64,000 bases of DNA from assembly GCF_009914755.1 (NCBI RefSeq), contig NC_060941.1; one strand, 5' to 3'. The notes beneath the pieces were generated by a model. The model did not search any database. It had not been told where the DNA came from and saw only the letters and a list, made by a program, of their open reading frames with translations. Numbering within the stretch: the first letter of the stretch is position 1; each line of letters opens with the position of its first letter. Both the position numbers and the translations under genes were made by a program. Origin of the DNA: the human T2T-CHM13v2.0 reference genome, Homo sapiens. This document shows positions 45,235 through 57,790 of the stretch, piece after piece.

Positions 45235-45390
45235 CAGCTCCAGCTGCACATCAGAGCCTCCTGGGGAGCTTTAAAAGTTGCCAGATGCCCCAGCCCCACC
45301 ATCAGAAATTCTGATTTAATCCACCTGTGGTTGGGGTTTCGGCTAGTTATTTTTCATATCAACAAGTGGTTTCTTATATTGAGAACTCCT
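45235..45390. mobile_element. MER5-like hAT MITE
   Basis: cctggggagctttaaaag...ccccagccccaccatcagaaattctgatttaat. Confidence 0.7.
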
Positions 45391-48300
45391 GGGCTCCACA
45401 GCAGAGGGAGTGAACATGAATACACCGAAGGAAGAGAACACTCTAAAGATCAGTGTGCAGAGTGATGCCTGACCCCCTACCCTCGAGAGCACGGGCTCAT
45501 GAACTATGAGAATAAAAAGCGTATGAATCTAGTTTTTAATAGCTTACATCTACTAAATACCTATTACACGTCAAGCACTATGCTTAGCATGTGATGTCCT
45601 TTATCCCATTTAATCCTCACAACAGCCTAATGAGGTGGGGACTAGGATCACCCCACGTACAGGTGTGGAAACTGGCAGAGATGACTTTATATGGTGGAAC
45701 CAGCATCCAAGCCCCACTCTGCCTCACTCTGAGGCCAAACTCTCCACTTGTACAGCATAACAAGCCTTGGAATACAATTTCTTTTCCTGTAAAATGTAAG
45801 AATTCTGGGGAATTATTGTCTGTCAGAATCAACTTTGGGAATCCTGGTAGGACATGACCGCATTTGATATACACACACATACCACAGGGTAGGAACCTCT
45901 TCCACACTCTTAAAGGGCCATGTCCCATGTTATACCTGGAACTAATAATTCCCAAAATTATTCTCTAGAGTGTTAAAAGGTTCTTGGCTAAGAATAAACA
46001 TCACTGCCTATAGTACCCCCTCATGGAGACTCACAGTACCTGTCAACCACAGCAAAGGTGATGGATGAGAAGTCCTGCCCTGAGGAAATCTAAGTAGTTC
46101 TATTTCACCAAGATCTTTCTCAAGCTTCTTTGTCTACAGAAGCCTTTTATAATGGAACACCTAAAACAGGGCATACTAGTAGCTGCTTCCAATCTTCTTG
46201 GATCCCCAGATCAAAGCTTCCTTAAAATCTAGAAGACGGGGCATCCTATTATCAATGAACCAAGTACAGAACAAAGGCTAAAGCTATTGTCACCCTCCAG
46301 ACATACCATGTCCTGCCTCTCAAGGGGGTCCACTGAGCTGGGAGGGATGCACCTGAACCAGCAAGGAGCTGGCCCAGTGGAGCAGGAAGTACTGTCATCC
46401 AACAGCCAGGTGAGTCCAATTAGAGAACGATAAAGCCACCATGGAAACTTGCACCTTGCCATTTACTTTAAGGCTATTGCTCTGCACTCTTCAGGCTATC
46501 TGTGGGGTTTAGGAGTTAATATTCATTTGCACATCATGAAAGGACTAAATTAGAGACATGAAGAAAGACAGAATGCTCTGACTGAGCCTGTCACACACTT
46601 TTCAAGGCGAGATCATTAGAGGCAGTCACTGCCACCCATGACTTCACCCAGCAAAGCTCCTTAAACCCTTACCCTGTGCAGGCTCCAAAGATAATGCAGT
46701 GAATCAGATTCAACCACTGCTTTCCAGATGCTGAAATCAGATTCAACTACTGCTTTCCTCCTCATGGCTTACGAGGAGATGCAACAGTTATGATTTTGAA
46801 TCCGTATAAATGGGGATATGGGCAAGGGCTCAAAGGAGCCTGGAGAACAGAGAACCTATATCTAACTAGTCCCAGTGCAACACACATTTACTGGACATCA
46901 TCTATGTCCCAGGTGTTGTCTGGACACACAGGGAAAGAAACAAGAAAGATATAGTCCCTGTTGAAAGACAAAGGTGTCTTTGGTCTTATAAGCTTCAATG
47001 CCCACACCTTTCCTCAAACAGAGTAAAGCATTTCCTCTTCCAAACTCTGGAATTCCCTTCCATGATGCTTCTCACACCATAATGAATCTGTTAGGATGCG
47101 TTTTCCCATCTGGGCAGCAAGCTCCCCAAGGGCTGGGCCCTGCATTACCCATGTTTGCATAACTAGTGCATCCCTTAGCAACTGCCTAGAAGAGAGCAGA
47201 TGCTCAACAAATGCTTTTTGAAATGAAAAGATGGGTTTCAGGGGAAGGGAAGCTTATACATGAAATTATTATACGGCCACTCTGATGCCTGCCCTTAGGT
47301 AAAAAGCACCAAGGCATTTATTCAATGGACACAGAACAAGTATTTAAGGAATGAGTACAGCGAGTAGGGAGAGATCGAGAAAGCCTTCGCGGAAAAAGCT
47401 GCATTGGAGATGGACATTAGCAGATGAGCAGACTTTCAACAAACCAATGCTAAGGGAGAGAAGAAGGAGGAATTCTGAGAATGAATAGTAGGAACAAAGC
47501 TGAGGGGCCAGTGGGGAAAGAAAGCCTTCGGGAAAGAGTGAATTGTATATTACGGCAGAGGTAGGCTTTGCACCATGAAGAATTGGAAACTGAGCCTCGA
47601 AATGCAGATTGGCAAGACAATAGAGAGCCACTGATGGACTGGGACAAAGTAGTGACATATTGAGAGCTGTGTTTCAGACAGGGCCATTTGGTCATGGGAA
47701 TAATGGGGATGGAAGAGAGAGAGGAGCTGGGGAGGAATCAATTAGAAATAACCATTCTGAGTAGGCCATTGTATTCCCTAAATAAACTGCCAGCCCCCCA
47801 AGCTCCACTGCCTAGGCCCCAGAAGAGTCATTTTGGCATCAGGATAGCTCCCTTCCTTTGGCCATCAGGACCTATAAATAGCCACATAAAGGTTTCTGCC
47901 CCCAGCTCAGCCACAGAGGCTCCAGGGCTGAGCTGTCACCCTCCAGGACCTGAGCAAAGCCAGCCCTGACTTACCCCTGCCTGGGCACGCAACCATTCCT
48001 GGGGGGAAGCCAGCTTGTGGTCTGCTGACAGCAGGGACATCTTCCTGAGTCTAAACCCTGTCCACATATGCTCTAGAGATATTTCACACTCTACCACAAA
48101 AACAAAGGAGAAATATTTCAGTCTGTGGCTCTGCGTGCCTTTCCTTTAATCCCACTGAGACCCAGGGTCTGCTGGGCAGGGGCCATTGCCGAGGCCCCCT
48201 GCCCAAATGGGACCAGATAAACAAGAGGCCCTGAAAGGTCTGAGAATCTGGATCCCAGCGTGTGAAAGCCTGAGTGCTGGCCCACTGACGAATTACCTTG

Positions 48301-48602
48301 GGTCTAGCTTCTCCATTCTTCTCTGAGGGACATTTAAGAACTCTGGTCTCTCTTGGGGCAGTGGGACGGGGACATTTTGGAAACTTTTGTGACAATTGTA
48401 GGTGCTGTCCTGGAATTTGAGACACCATCTCTTATGCCCTATAAGTTTGATCTCTGGGCTTTCTACAGGAGGATCATAATGCCTCTGCAGGGGACACAAG
48501 AATGTAAAGCCTGGCTAACCTCAGCTGGGATCTCAACTTTGCCACTTACCAGAGTATGGCTTCAGAAAAGTGCTTTAACTTCCTTGAGTTTGAATCTCCT
48601 AG

Positions 48603-49111
48603 TGTGTCCGGAGTTGGTTCCTCCCGGTAAGTTCGTGGTGTCGCTGACTTCAAGAACGAAGCCGGGGACCTTTGTGGTGAGTGTTACAGCTCTTAAAGGT
48701 TGCACAGACCCAAAGAGTGAGCAGCAGCAAGATTTATTGTGAAGAACAAAACAACAAAGCTTCCACAGCGTGGAAGGACAGGTAGACGGGTTGCGGCTGC
48801 TGGCTGGGGATGGAGTGGGGTCCGGGTGGAGGCCAGCTTTTATTCCCTTATTTGTCTCCGCCCATGTTCTGTTTTTGTCCTATCAGCCTGTCTTCAAGGG
48901 TCTTTCTTTTTTCAATCCTCCCTGCAACTGGCTACTTTTAGGATCCTGCTGATTGGTGCGTTTTACAGAGCACTGATTGGTGCGTTTTACAGAGTGCTGA
49001 TTGGTGTGTTTTACAGAGTGCTGATTGGTGCATTTTACAATCCTCTTGTAAGACAGAAAAGTTCTCCAAGTCCCCACTCGACCCACGAAGTCCAGCTGGC
49101 TTCACCTCTCA
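48603..49111 (-). mobile_element. ERV9 solo LTR, LTR12F-like, 509 bp
   Basis: TG...CA termini, 4-bp TSD ctag (48599-48602, 49112-49115), four 24-bp CCAAT repeats, minus-strand start tgagaggtgaagccagctggacttc; inserted in a MIR. Confidence 0.93.
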
Positions 49112-50184
49112 CTAGCCTGCAAAATAGGAATAACAACTACCTTCCCTACCACTGTGGGCTGTTGTTAGGTAACAAGTGTGTGTGTAGGTGTTCTTTATAA
49201 GCTGTGAAGGCTCAGGTAAAAAATCAGGCCATACTTCAACCATCCATCCTGGAAGCCTGTGCTCAGCTGACCTCTGTAGACAGTGAGGGTAGGGCTCCCT
49301 AGAAGCACAGTCTCCTCCACAGAGGGACCTAGGCCCCAATCTAACCCATCGCGGCCTGTTTGGGGTCACCCCAATTTAATACCACATCTCCCTCTTTCAT
49401 TGTGAGAGGGAACTGAGATGATATATGTAAACGCAGAAGAGAACTACCAAGTATTTATTACTTACTGTTAGCCAGACTCAGTGCTGGGCATCAATTATCT
49501 GATTTAATTAAATGTTCATACTGACTCTGGGATTGATAAATAGATGTATGATATGATATAAATACATATGATTGATTTCCCATTTTAGAAGCAATGAAAG
49601 GGTATGAACTCAGATTTCTTTGCCTTCAAGGGTCTTTTTTTTTCTTGGTTATTTTCTACTTTTATTTTTGTGGTGTAGGGGAAAGGGATAGTGTCCCTGG
49701 GTGGGTGGGGGGCAGAGCCATGGCAATGCTGGGTAAATGGTTCTTTCCTCTCACCTAAAAAAGGTGCTGGGAGAAGCTACACCCCTGGGAATCCCTCATG
49801 CTCTGGAATTGGCCCAGGGTCAGGCTGTCTCTGTTGAGCTGGCTACAGAACATCAGTGCATGCTCCCAAGAGCAGCCCTGGCTCTGAGCTGTGGGACAGA
49901 AGCCCAGGAGGCTGACATTCACACGCATGGCCACAGGCCAGGGTACCAGTGATGCCAATGAGCCTGGTACTCACCTGGCTTGAGGAGCCTTCGTAGGGCC
50001 TGGCACCAGCAGGTGAAACATTCTTGTGAGGCAGCCAAGGAAACCCACAGCTTCCCTGGGCCTCACTGTGTCTGCTAAGGGCCAGCTGCTGTATGCAAAG
50101 TGATTTCTCCTGCAAATCACACTTATTTACACCTAAGGTCAACTAAGTGACATAGGGGTTTTACATCCCAATTTACAGGTAAAC

Positions 50185-50394
50185 CAGTGGTTCTCAACTG
50201 AGGACAGTTTTGCCCCTCAGGAGATACTGGGTAATGTCTGGAGCTTTGCAGGGTGAGGGGTGTGGGAGGAGCACTTCCAGCCAGGGATACTGCTAAGCAT
50301 AGTGTAATGCACAGGACACTACAGTTTGTCCAGCCCCCATCACAAAGAATCCTGTGGCTCAAATTGTCACTAGTTCCAAGACTGAAAAACCCTG
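50185..50394 (+). mobile_element. MER20 hAT MITE nested in a MIR
   Basis: cagtggttctcaac...ttttgcccctcagg...gccagggatactgctaa...aaaaaccctg. Confidence 0.9.
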
Positions 50395-51827
50395 AGAGAA
50401 GGAAACTAATTCTGAGAGATACTTACCAAGTTCACATAGCTGATGAGTGCTACAGTCAGCTTCCAGGTACTGATTCTCTAATTCAGAAGCCAGCATCCCT
50501 TCTTTATATCTGTAATGGTTAATGCCCCCTTGAAGTCTGAAATGCCCCAAAAGGAAATGCTGTGAAGCCTTCTAGAGTCATGTTGTAGTTGGCATCAGAG
50601 GTTTGGGGGTGAACAATGATTTAATTGCATTTGAAATGTTGTAAATGGTCACTTCTCTCTGTGACCGCCCTATCACCCTCAGGCACAACATCCATCTTTA
50701 AGTACTAATGGTCTTGTCAAATGCCCCAAAGGCCCCAGAAAGGGGCCACATTGTCCTCTCACCAGAGCTGGACAGTCACCTTTAACCAAGTCCATCCGGG
50801 CAAGTTAGATATCCATGCCTGTCCCCAAGAGAAATAATCCAGGTCAAGTCCCTGGCAAAGAGTAAATGCACAATGCAGGAAGGAGAGAATGGAAGGAAGA
50901 GGAATGGGAGTGCAGCCATCGTAGAGATGAGGCTGGAAGCACCAGCAAAGTCCAGGCCACAAGTGCCAGAGAAACCTAGAAGGGAGACTTTGCCCTGAGT
51001 CCAGTGATGAGACATGGAGAAGTTCTAGGTCAACAAGTTATGTGATTACTTTCTCAATGCCAGTTTGCACCACATACTCCAGAATCTGTTTCTATTTGCG
51101 CCAATCCCAAGATTAATCAGGTCTGACCTCAGGAAGGAAACCCTCTGCTTATGACCACTCTCGTAGACAGACATGCAGCCAGTCATTTCTAGGAGAGGGA
51201 GCTCACAGTCAAACTGCACTCCTTACTCTGAATCCTGGGGCCACCCCCTACCTTCGCCCACCCATACGTAGGCAGTACCTCCTTGGGCCCCTTCAGTTCA
51301 TACCCCTCACTCTGCCAAAAATATAATAATAGTAATGCCTTGAACTTTGGAATTCTAATTTTCTGAATAGCTATAGCCAACCACAGGTCATTACTAAAAG
51401 ACTGGTGACTGTAGAGTGACATTTGAGACCCCACAGACAGGCTTGTCAGAACTCCAAAGCCAAATGGAATGCTTTGCTAGAAGTGGAGGCTCTTTCTGCT
51501 AGATAAGTTGGAAAGCTCTTAATTAATAATTCCAAAACAGAACTTCACAACTTCTCTGAGTTCTGGCCAGCAAAGCCCAGCCAGCGATGGCCTGGTCAGC
51601 CTACACCAAAAATTGCACTTGTCTTCCAACTGTGACCAAGCAGTCCCAAACAGGCCTGCCTGCTGGCAGCTGAATCACTGAAAGCAGGAACATGGCATAG
51701 AAGATGAGCTAGAGATAGAAAGTGGCTGAGGACCAAGTCTAGGGCTAGCATCTTCGTAGGAGAAGATCAGTCAGCAAACCTAGCACTAGGTTTGGCTTCC
51801 AACTCTCCAGACTGCTGGTTCTCTTGC

Positions 51828-51992
51828 TAGTAGTTTTCAATCTTGGCTGGGCATTAAAATTAACCTGGTAAGCTTTTAAAGTCCTGATGCCTGGACATCA
51901 ACCCAGACTTCTCTGTGGCGAGACCCAGACATCTGTATTTTTTTACAGCTCCCCAGGTGATTCCAATGTGCAGCCAAGGTTGAGAATCATAG
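51828..51992. mobile_element. MER5A-like hAT MITE
   Basis: ctccccaggtgattccaatgtgcagccaaggttgagaatca. Confidence 0.8.
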
Positions 51993-52329
51993 ACTTAAAT
52001 CTTCCCTTTACACCTTGATTAATTCTTTCAGCACAAGATGATGAAGTTTTCCACCACCTGAAATATTGTTTATAGTCTACAGTCAGTAATTCACATCAAG
52101 GACTTGCACTCCACAAATATATGATTAAAAGGTGAAATATCCACTAAAGGCAGGACTTGTATTTTAAATAATAATAATATTAATAGTAAAACAATCAAAC
52201 AGAAGCCATTCCTTTATAGTATCTTTCATATCTAAACCATCCTCAACCAGGATGCTGCCAATCATTATTCTAAAAAAAATAATAATGTGGTCATGTCATT
52301 GAGAATGCTCAATAGCTCCCTATTGCCTG

Positions 52330-53209
52330 CGTCAATCAAAAAACAATTATAAGCACCCCCACCAACTGAATGGAGCCCTCTTGGCCAAGAGGATCCTGGA
52401 GAAACCTGAAAAACTAGTTCAGGCTGTCATGACAGGGCAGGAGTCAGACAAACCTAGTTATACCCTCCTCCTTTGGAGTCTAGGCACAGCTGACCAGCAT
52501 TAACATTAAAACAAAGATTATAAGACTGACAAAGCAGACTCTTTGTAGCAATAACATACTAAACTCCAACTTGACTCTGACGTAACATCACATGACAGCA
52601 GGCCCTGAAGGAAATCTCAGTATTTTACCCCAAAATACATTTTCTTTGACTTATTTTGAAATGGCCCTGCAAAGCCATCTCTTATGGGGAAAATTTGCAT
52701 TCTGTAGAGAATCCCTTTCCCCTTCCACATATCTTCTTGATCCAGGAGAGATTTTACTAAGAGTCTGACACCTTTTAAGAGACATTTACTATCCATTATC
52801 TCTGAAGCCCCTTACCTAGAGGCTTTATCTACATAACAAGAACCTTGGCTTCCACAACCCTACTTACTTAATTCAATGATTTCCTTATGCTGACTTCAAC
52901 TCTTGAGGCAAAGCTTAATTCTTTCAATCAATTGCCAATCAGAAAATCTTTGAATCCAATCATGACTTGGAAGGCCCCCTTCCCTTTGAGATGTCCCATC
53001 TTTCTGGGCTGGACAAATGTGTTACTTACATTATTGATTTATGTCTTTGCCTGTAACTTCTGTCTCCCTAAAATGTATAAAACCAGGCAGTACCTCAACC
53101 ACCTTGGGTACGTGTTCTCAAGACCTGTGTCATGAGCCGTGGCCACTCATATTTGGCTCAGAATAAACCTCTTCAAATATTTTGGAGAGTTTGGCTTTTT
53201 TCATCAGCA
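52330..53209 (+). mobile_element. ERV1 solo LTR, MER4 group (MER4D/E-like)
   Basis: ctgaatgga...ttggccaag...acctgaaaaactagttcagg start; gtattttaccccaaaat; end tttggctcagaataaacctcttcaaatatttt...ca. Confidence 0.85.
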
Positions 53210-54004
53210 CAGACAATACTCAAACATAGTGGGCCTCCCTCACAGCCTGTCTCTGGCCTGCTCATGCAGCATTGTCTCCCAAGCCCACATTTTGCATACT
53301 CTGGACCCACCTGTCTTGTAACTTCATTGGCACATTTCCCTGGCCCTGGAAGATCCTCACCTGCTCTTTTCACTTGTTATATTCTACTCCTTTTGAAGGC
53401 AGAGCTAAAATGCTACCTTTCCCATGAAGTCTTTCCAATCCCCCTAGAAGGAATGAATCACTCTCGCTCCCTCTGCACTAGCTTCCCCTGCCATGCACAG
53501 TATAGATAATTCTTTCATGACAGTTCTAATTAAAATTATTTGTTTGTATATCTGTAACCTTCTAAAAATATGAGATTCCACTGAGAGCAGGGGACATGCC
53601 ATATCCATCCTGGACAAAACAGACAAAATGAATGAATAAGTGGACATCAGGTTGAATTAACTGCACATGGTAGACATGTGATTGATCCTCCACAATTGAG
53701 ACTTTAGCCAATATGTGCTATTTGATTCCAAGATGCTTTCCCAGCAAACAGACTGAATTATATTTTCCCAGGAAGGTAGCTTTAAATCCATCAACTGAAA
53801 TCATCATTATCCACATTCCATGTTAATTCTCTAGGTTTGTTAGCATGCCAGATAATTAGTGTCCCTGTGGAGGCAAGGCAGAGAGCAGGTTGTGTGGAGG
53901 AAACATCTCATTTGTGGACCATCAGGTGGAGGGCTCCTGGGCACAGTCTTCTTTGTGTCCGTTGGGTGTTTCTCCCCTCTGTAAGCTCCACCCCACATCA
54001 CTTT

Positions 54005-54362
54005 TGTCTTAGTCTGTTCAGGCAGCTATAATAGAACACTATAAATTGGGTAGCTTACAAACAACAGATTTATTTCTCACAGTTCCAGAGGCTGGGAAGT
54101 CCAAGCTCAAAGTGCTGGCAGATTCAGTGTCTGGTGAAGGCTCGTTTCCTGATTCATAGATGGTGCCTTCTAGCTGTGTCCTCATGTGGTGGAAGGAGGG
54201 GTGGGTCTCTCTAGGACCTCTTTATAAGGACACTAATCTTACTCATGAAGGCTTCACCCCCCATGACCTAATCATCTCCCACAGGCCCTACCTCCTAATA
54301 CCATCAGCTTGGGGTTAAGATTTTAAAATATGAATTTAGTGGGGGACCCAAACATTTAGACC
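54005..54362 (-). mobile_element. MaLR LTR (MLT1A0-like)
   Basis: tgtcttagtctgttcagg, gaggctgggaagtccaag, catgacctaatcatctccc. Confidence 0.88.
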
Positions 54363-55259
54363 CCTTTGCACCCACAAGTCCCACCTTCTAGAGTCAAAGC
54401 CAGTGAGCTGTTGAATTATCTAATTATCCAGGGAAATGCAAACTGGGAGCAGAAGAATACGAAACTAACTCCTCCGAGCAGAAGCTCTTCTTCATGCACC
54501 CCACCTAGAAAGGCAGAATAGGGGAGTGCACGAGACCATGAGCTGTGAGACCTTGTCAATTGCCTTCATCTTTTGTACCTCAGTCCTCAATACAGAATGA
54601 GAGGAGTAAAAGTACCTCCCCGATTGTGTCCCTGGGAGGATGCAATGCATTAAAACACATGCGGTGCTTTAAACATTGCCTGGCACATAGCCAATGCTCA
54701 GTAAATGTTTTACCTTCATCATTAATTCAGGTAGTTTAATTAAATGAAATCCACATGTGAAGTTTTCCTTTGCTGCCCCACCTCTCCCACTCCCACTGAG
54801 GAGGGTCTGCTGCATGAATTCCCTGGAGATCCACACATGGAAGCACAAGCATTGGGTGCCAATTAAGAAAAAGTGCCAGGGAAGAGACAAGATGAGAAGG
54901 GGCAGGCTAAATGATTAGGATCCTTACACTGGACACTTTCTGAGCTGCCTTATGCCACATGGTCAATGCTGTCACTGCCCTTCTCCACCAACCCTAGTGC
55001 CTGCCACCTCTGCTCCAGCTCTGCCCAGGCTCTGGACTAGTGAGAGAACCACATCTGAGCAATAAAGAGTCCCACCATGGGATATCACGGGATCCAGAGG
55101 AGTCTAGTTGCCTTGACTACGGCTGAGTGGAGTCCTACCAACCTTCGCTCTCTCCTTTCACCCACAGTCATTCTTTTAGCCATTGTTCGACTCTAGTGAA
55201 TACCTTATCCCTTGTCCATCTGAGAATTAATCATCCCTCAAAGTCCACCTTGGCAATGA

Positions 55260-57790
55260 TCACACAACCCAATCCTCTGAAAACCAGTAATTAAAGGATA
55301 GGAATAAGCATCTATCTTGCTTACATAGGAGGAACTGTAGTTTTTCCCCAGTTGATGAGTGAAAATTCTTCCTTATAATACAATGTCAGCTGATACATGT
55401 AGAATGATAGAATTGGGAAATCACTATTTTGAAACCTCTAATGAAATTACTGATTCGGCTTCAAATTTTAGCACAAACAGAATGTTTAAAGGTATTGTGG
55501 TGTCATCTGACAAATGATGGGAGATGATTTGAAGATGGGAGAGGAGGCAATGGAGCTACCTAGCAGTTATTATCTTAGCCAAATGATCAAAAACTAGCAT
55601 CTCTAGTGAAAGATCTAGCATCTCTATTGAAAGAAATTCTCAGTTTGGACCTGAATCTCACCATGTTTTTAAATCTAACTTCTACTTTATGAAAAATACA
55701 GGGAAGGGAGGAGCAAATTAAGTGATACCACATGGAAATAAACAGATAGATTCATATGTGGGATCATTGTATAGGAAAACTGGTTTGTTTTCTTCCAAAA
55801 GTCAACACTAAACGATGTATGAATAGCAGCATTATTTATAATTGCCAAAAAATGGAAATGACTCAAATGCCTACTAACTGATGAATGGATAAATAAAACG
55901 TGGTATACGACGAATGCGTAAATAAAATGTGGTGCATCCATAGAGTGGAATATCATTTGATAATAAAAAAGAAAAAATATGAACACATTCTAAAACATGA
56001 TTAAACCTTGAAAACATTGTACTCAATGGAAGAAATCTATCACAAAATGCACATACTACATGACTGCATTTATACAAAATGTCCAGAATGGGAAAATCTA
56101 TAGAGACAGAAAATAGATTAATGATCACCTAGAACTGGAGGTGGGGGGATTGATGGAAATTGGGGAAGCAGGGTGATTGATAATGGGTACGGGGTTTCTT
56201 TCTGAGGTAATAAAAATGTTCAAAAATTCAGAATGCTTTGAATGCACTTAATACCGTTGAATTGTACACTTTATATGGGTGAATTGTATGGAATGAGAAT
56301 TACATTTCAACAAAGCTATTTTTAAAACTCTGTGTGTGATGTGGATTGGAGGGGTGAGCTTTTTCATTAAAAGAGACAAAATAACCAAATGCAACACATG
56401 AATCTTGATTGTATCTTCAATGGGTCTTGAATTTTAAAAGTTAGAAAACTGTAAACATGTTTTGGGGACAATTGGGGAAATTTGAATATGAATGAAGGGC
56501 AGGCTGGTAGCAGCCAGAGTGCACACAAGGAGGGCACCAGAGCGAAGGAGAGGAGGGCATCCAAGCGGAACAGAAGCCCAGTGGGATAGGAAGACGGGCG
56601 CCATTCAAGAGAATTGAGTGTAAGTAAATAACCTGAGGGTAACACGACACAGGTTTCCTACTGCTAGAGAAAGGGGGGACCAATATGGAAGGAGGAAAAG
56701 CCAGAGTGAACCCTGTGCTGTTAGACTGGAATAAGCGGCATCTGTGTAAATTCCTGGTTTGAGATGTACGTGTAAATGTAGATGTAACTATCCTAGCTCT
56801 GTCCACTGAGAAGGTCTGGAAGCAGCTACACCCTAGTAGTACTGAGCATACCTACAACTCAGATCTTGGTTCTAAATAGCATTTCCTGTTCAAATGAACC
56901 AAGATTTGTTAGAGAACTGGCTGATTAAAGGGCTGAGGAAGGAAATGAAGAAAATGAACCTGAACATCTAGCTGCACAAGAAAGAAAAAAAACTTTCAAA
57001 AAATACAGGGAAATGTCAAAAGCACACAAAGTCAGCTGGAAGGGGTTCCCAAATGTGGGAAAATTTGAGTTTCAAAATAAACAATATTATCAGACTGTAA
57101 CCTATTGAATAAAATAGAAATCTATGAGTCTACACCAATGTAAATAAATAAAGAGAAAAAAGAGAAAGCTCTTCTGTATTTCAGAAAACCAACTAATAAA
57201 TGTAGAAAGGATGATGGAATTCAAAAACCATCATTTGGCAAGGTTCATTGTAATAATTCAAGCAAGAGAAATCAATGGATGATAAAACCAGAGGGTGAGA
57301 CAGTAATAAGAAATGGAATTTTACATAGTCTCAAAGTATCTCCCCAGAAGAGACACCTTCATCAAGTGATAAAACACTATCAGTATTAGGACAAATAGAT
57401 ATTGCATGCCTCCAGATAGGCTACGATGAGAATTCTGCATCAGTTTTGTGAAATTCCAGCCAAAAAATCATATCTGGTGTCTTCAAGAGGAAACATTGAA
57501 CAAACCAAAATTGAAGATCATTGTGCAAGATGACTGGCCTTGAATTATTAAAAAAAAAAAAATCCAGTACATGAAAATCAAGGTAAAACAGAAACATCGT
57601 AAGAATAAAGACAGAGTAAGGGGAACCTTGACAACTGGGAATAAGGAGTGGTCCTGGATGGACTCCTTTAGCCATGAAGGACCTTAGTGGACCACTGTTG
57701 AACTTCTGGGTGAGGGATACACAGGAATTCTTCAAACTAGTTTTGCAACACCTATATGTTTGAAATTGTTTCCAATTCTTTTTTAAAAAA
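55260..57790 (+). mobile_element. Cluster of old L1 3' regions (L1MC/MD-type with an L1MB-type 3' end at about 55810-56325)
   Basis: aatagcagcattatttataattgccaaaaaatgg, tgatgaatggataaataaa, tatagagacagaaaatagatta, gaattgtacacttt; flanking L1MC-like motifs. Confidence 0.8.

Noticed and set aside
48949-49040. CRISPR-like regularly spaced repeats
   Set aside because: Contiguous 24-bp tandem units with no unique spacers; they are LTR12 CCAAT repeats in eukaryotic DNA.
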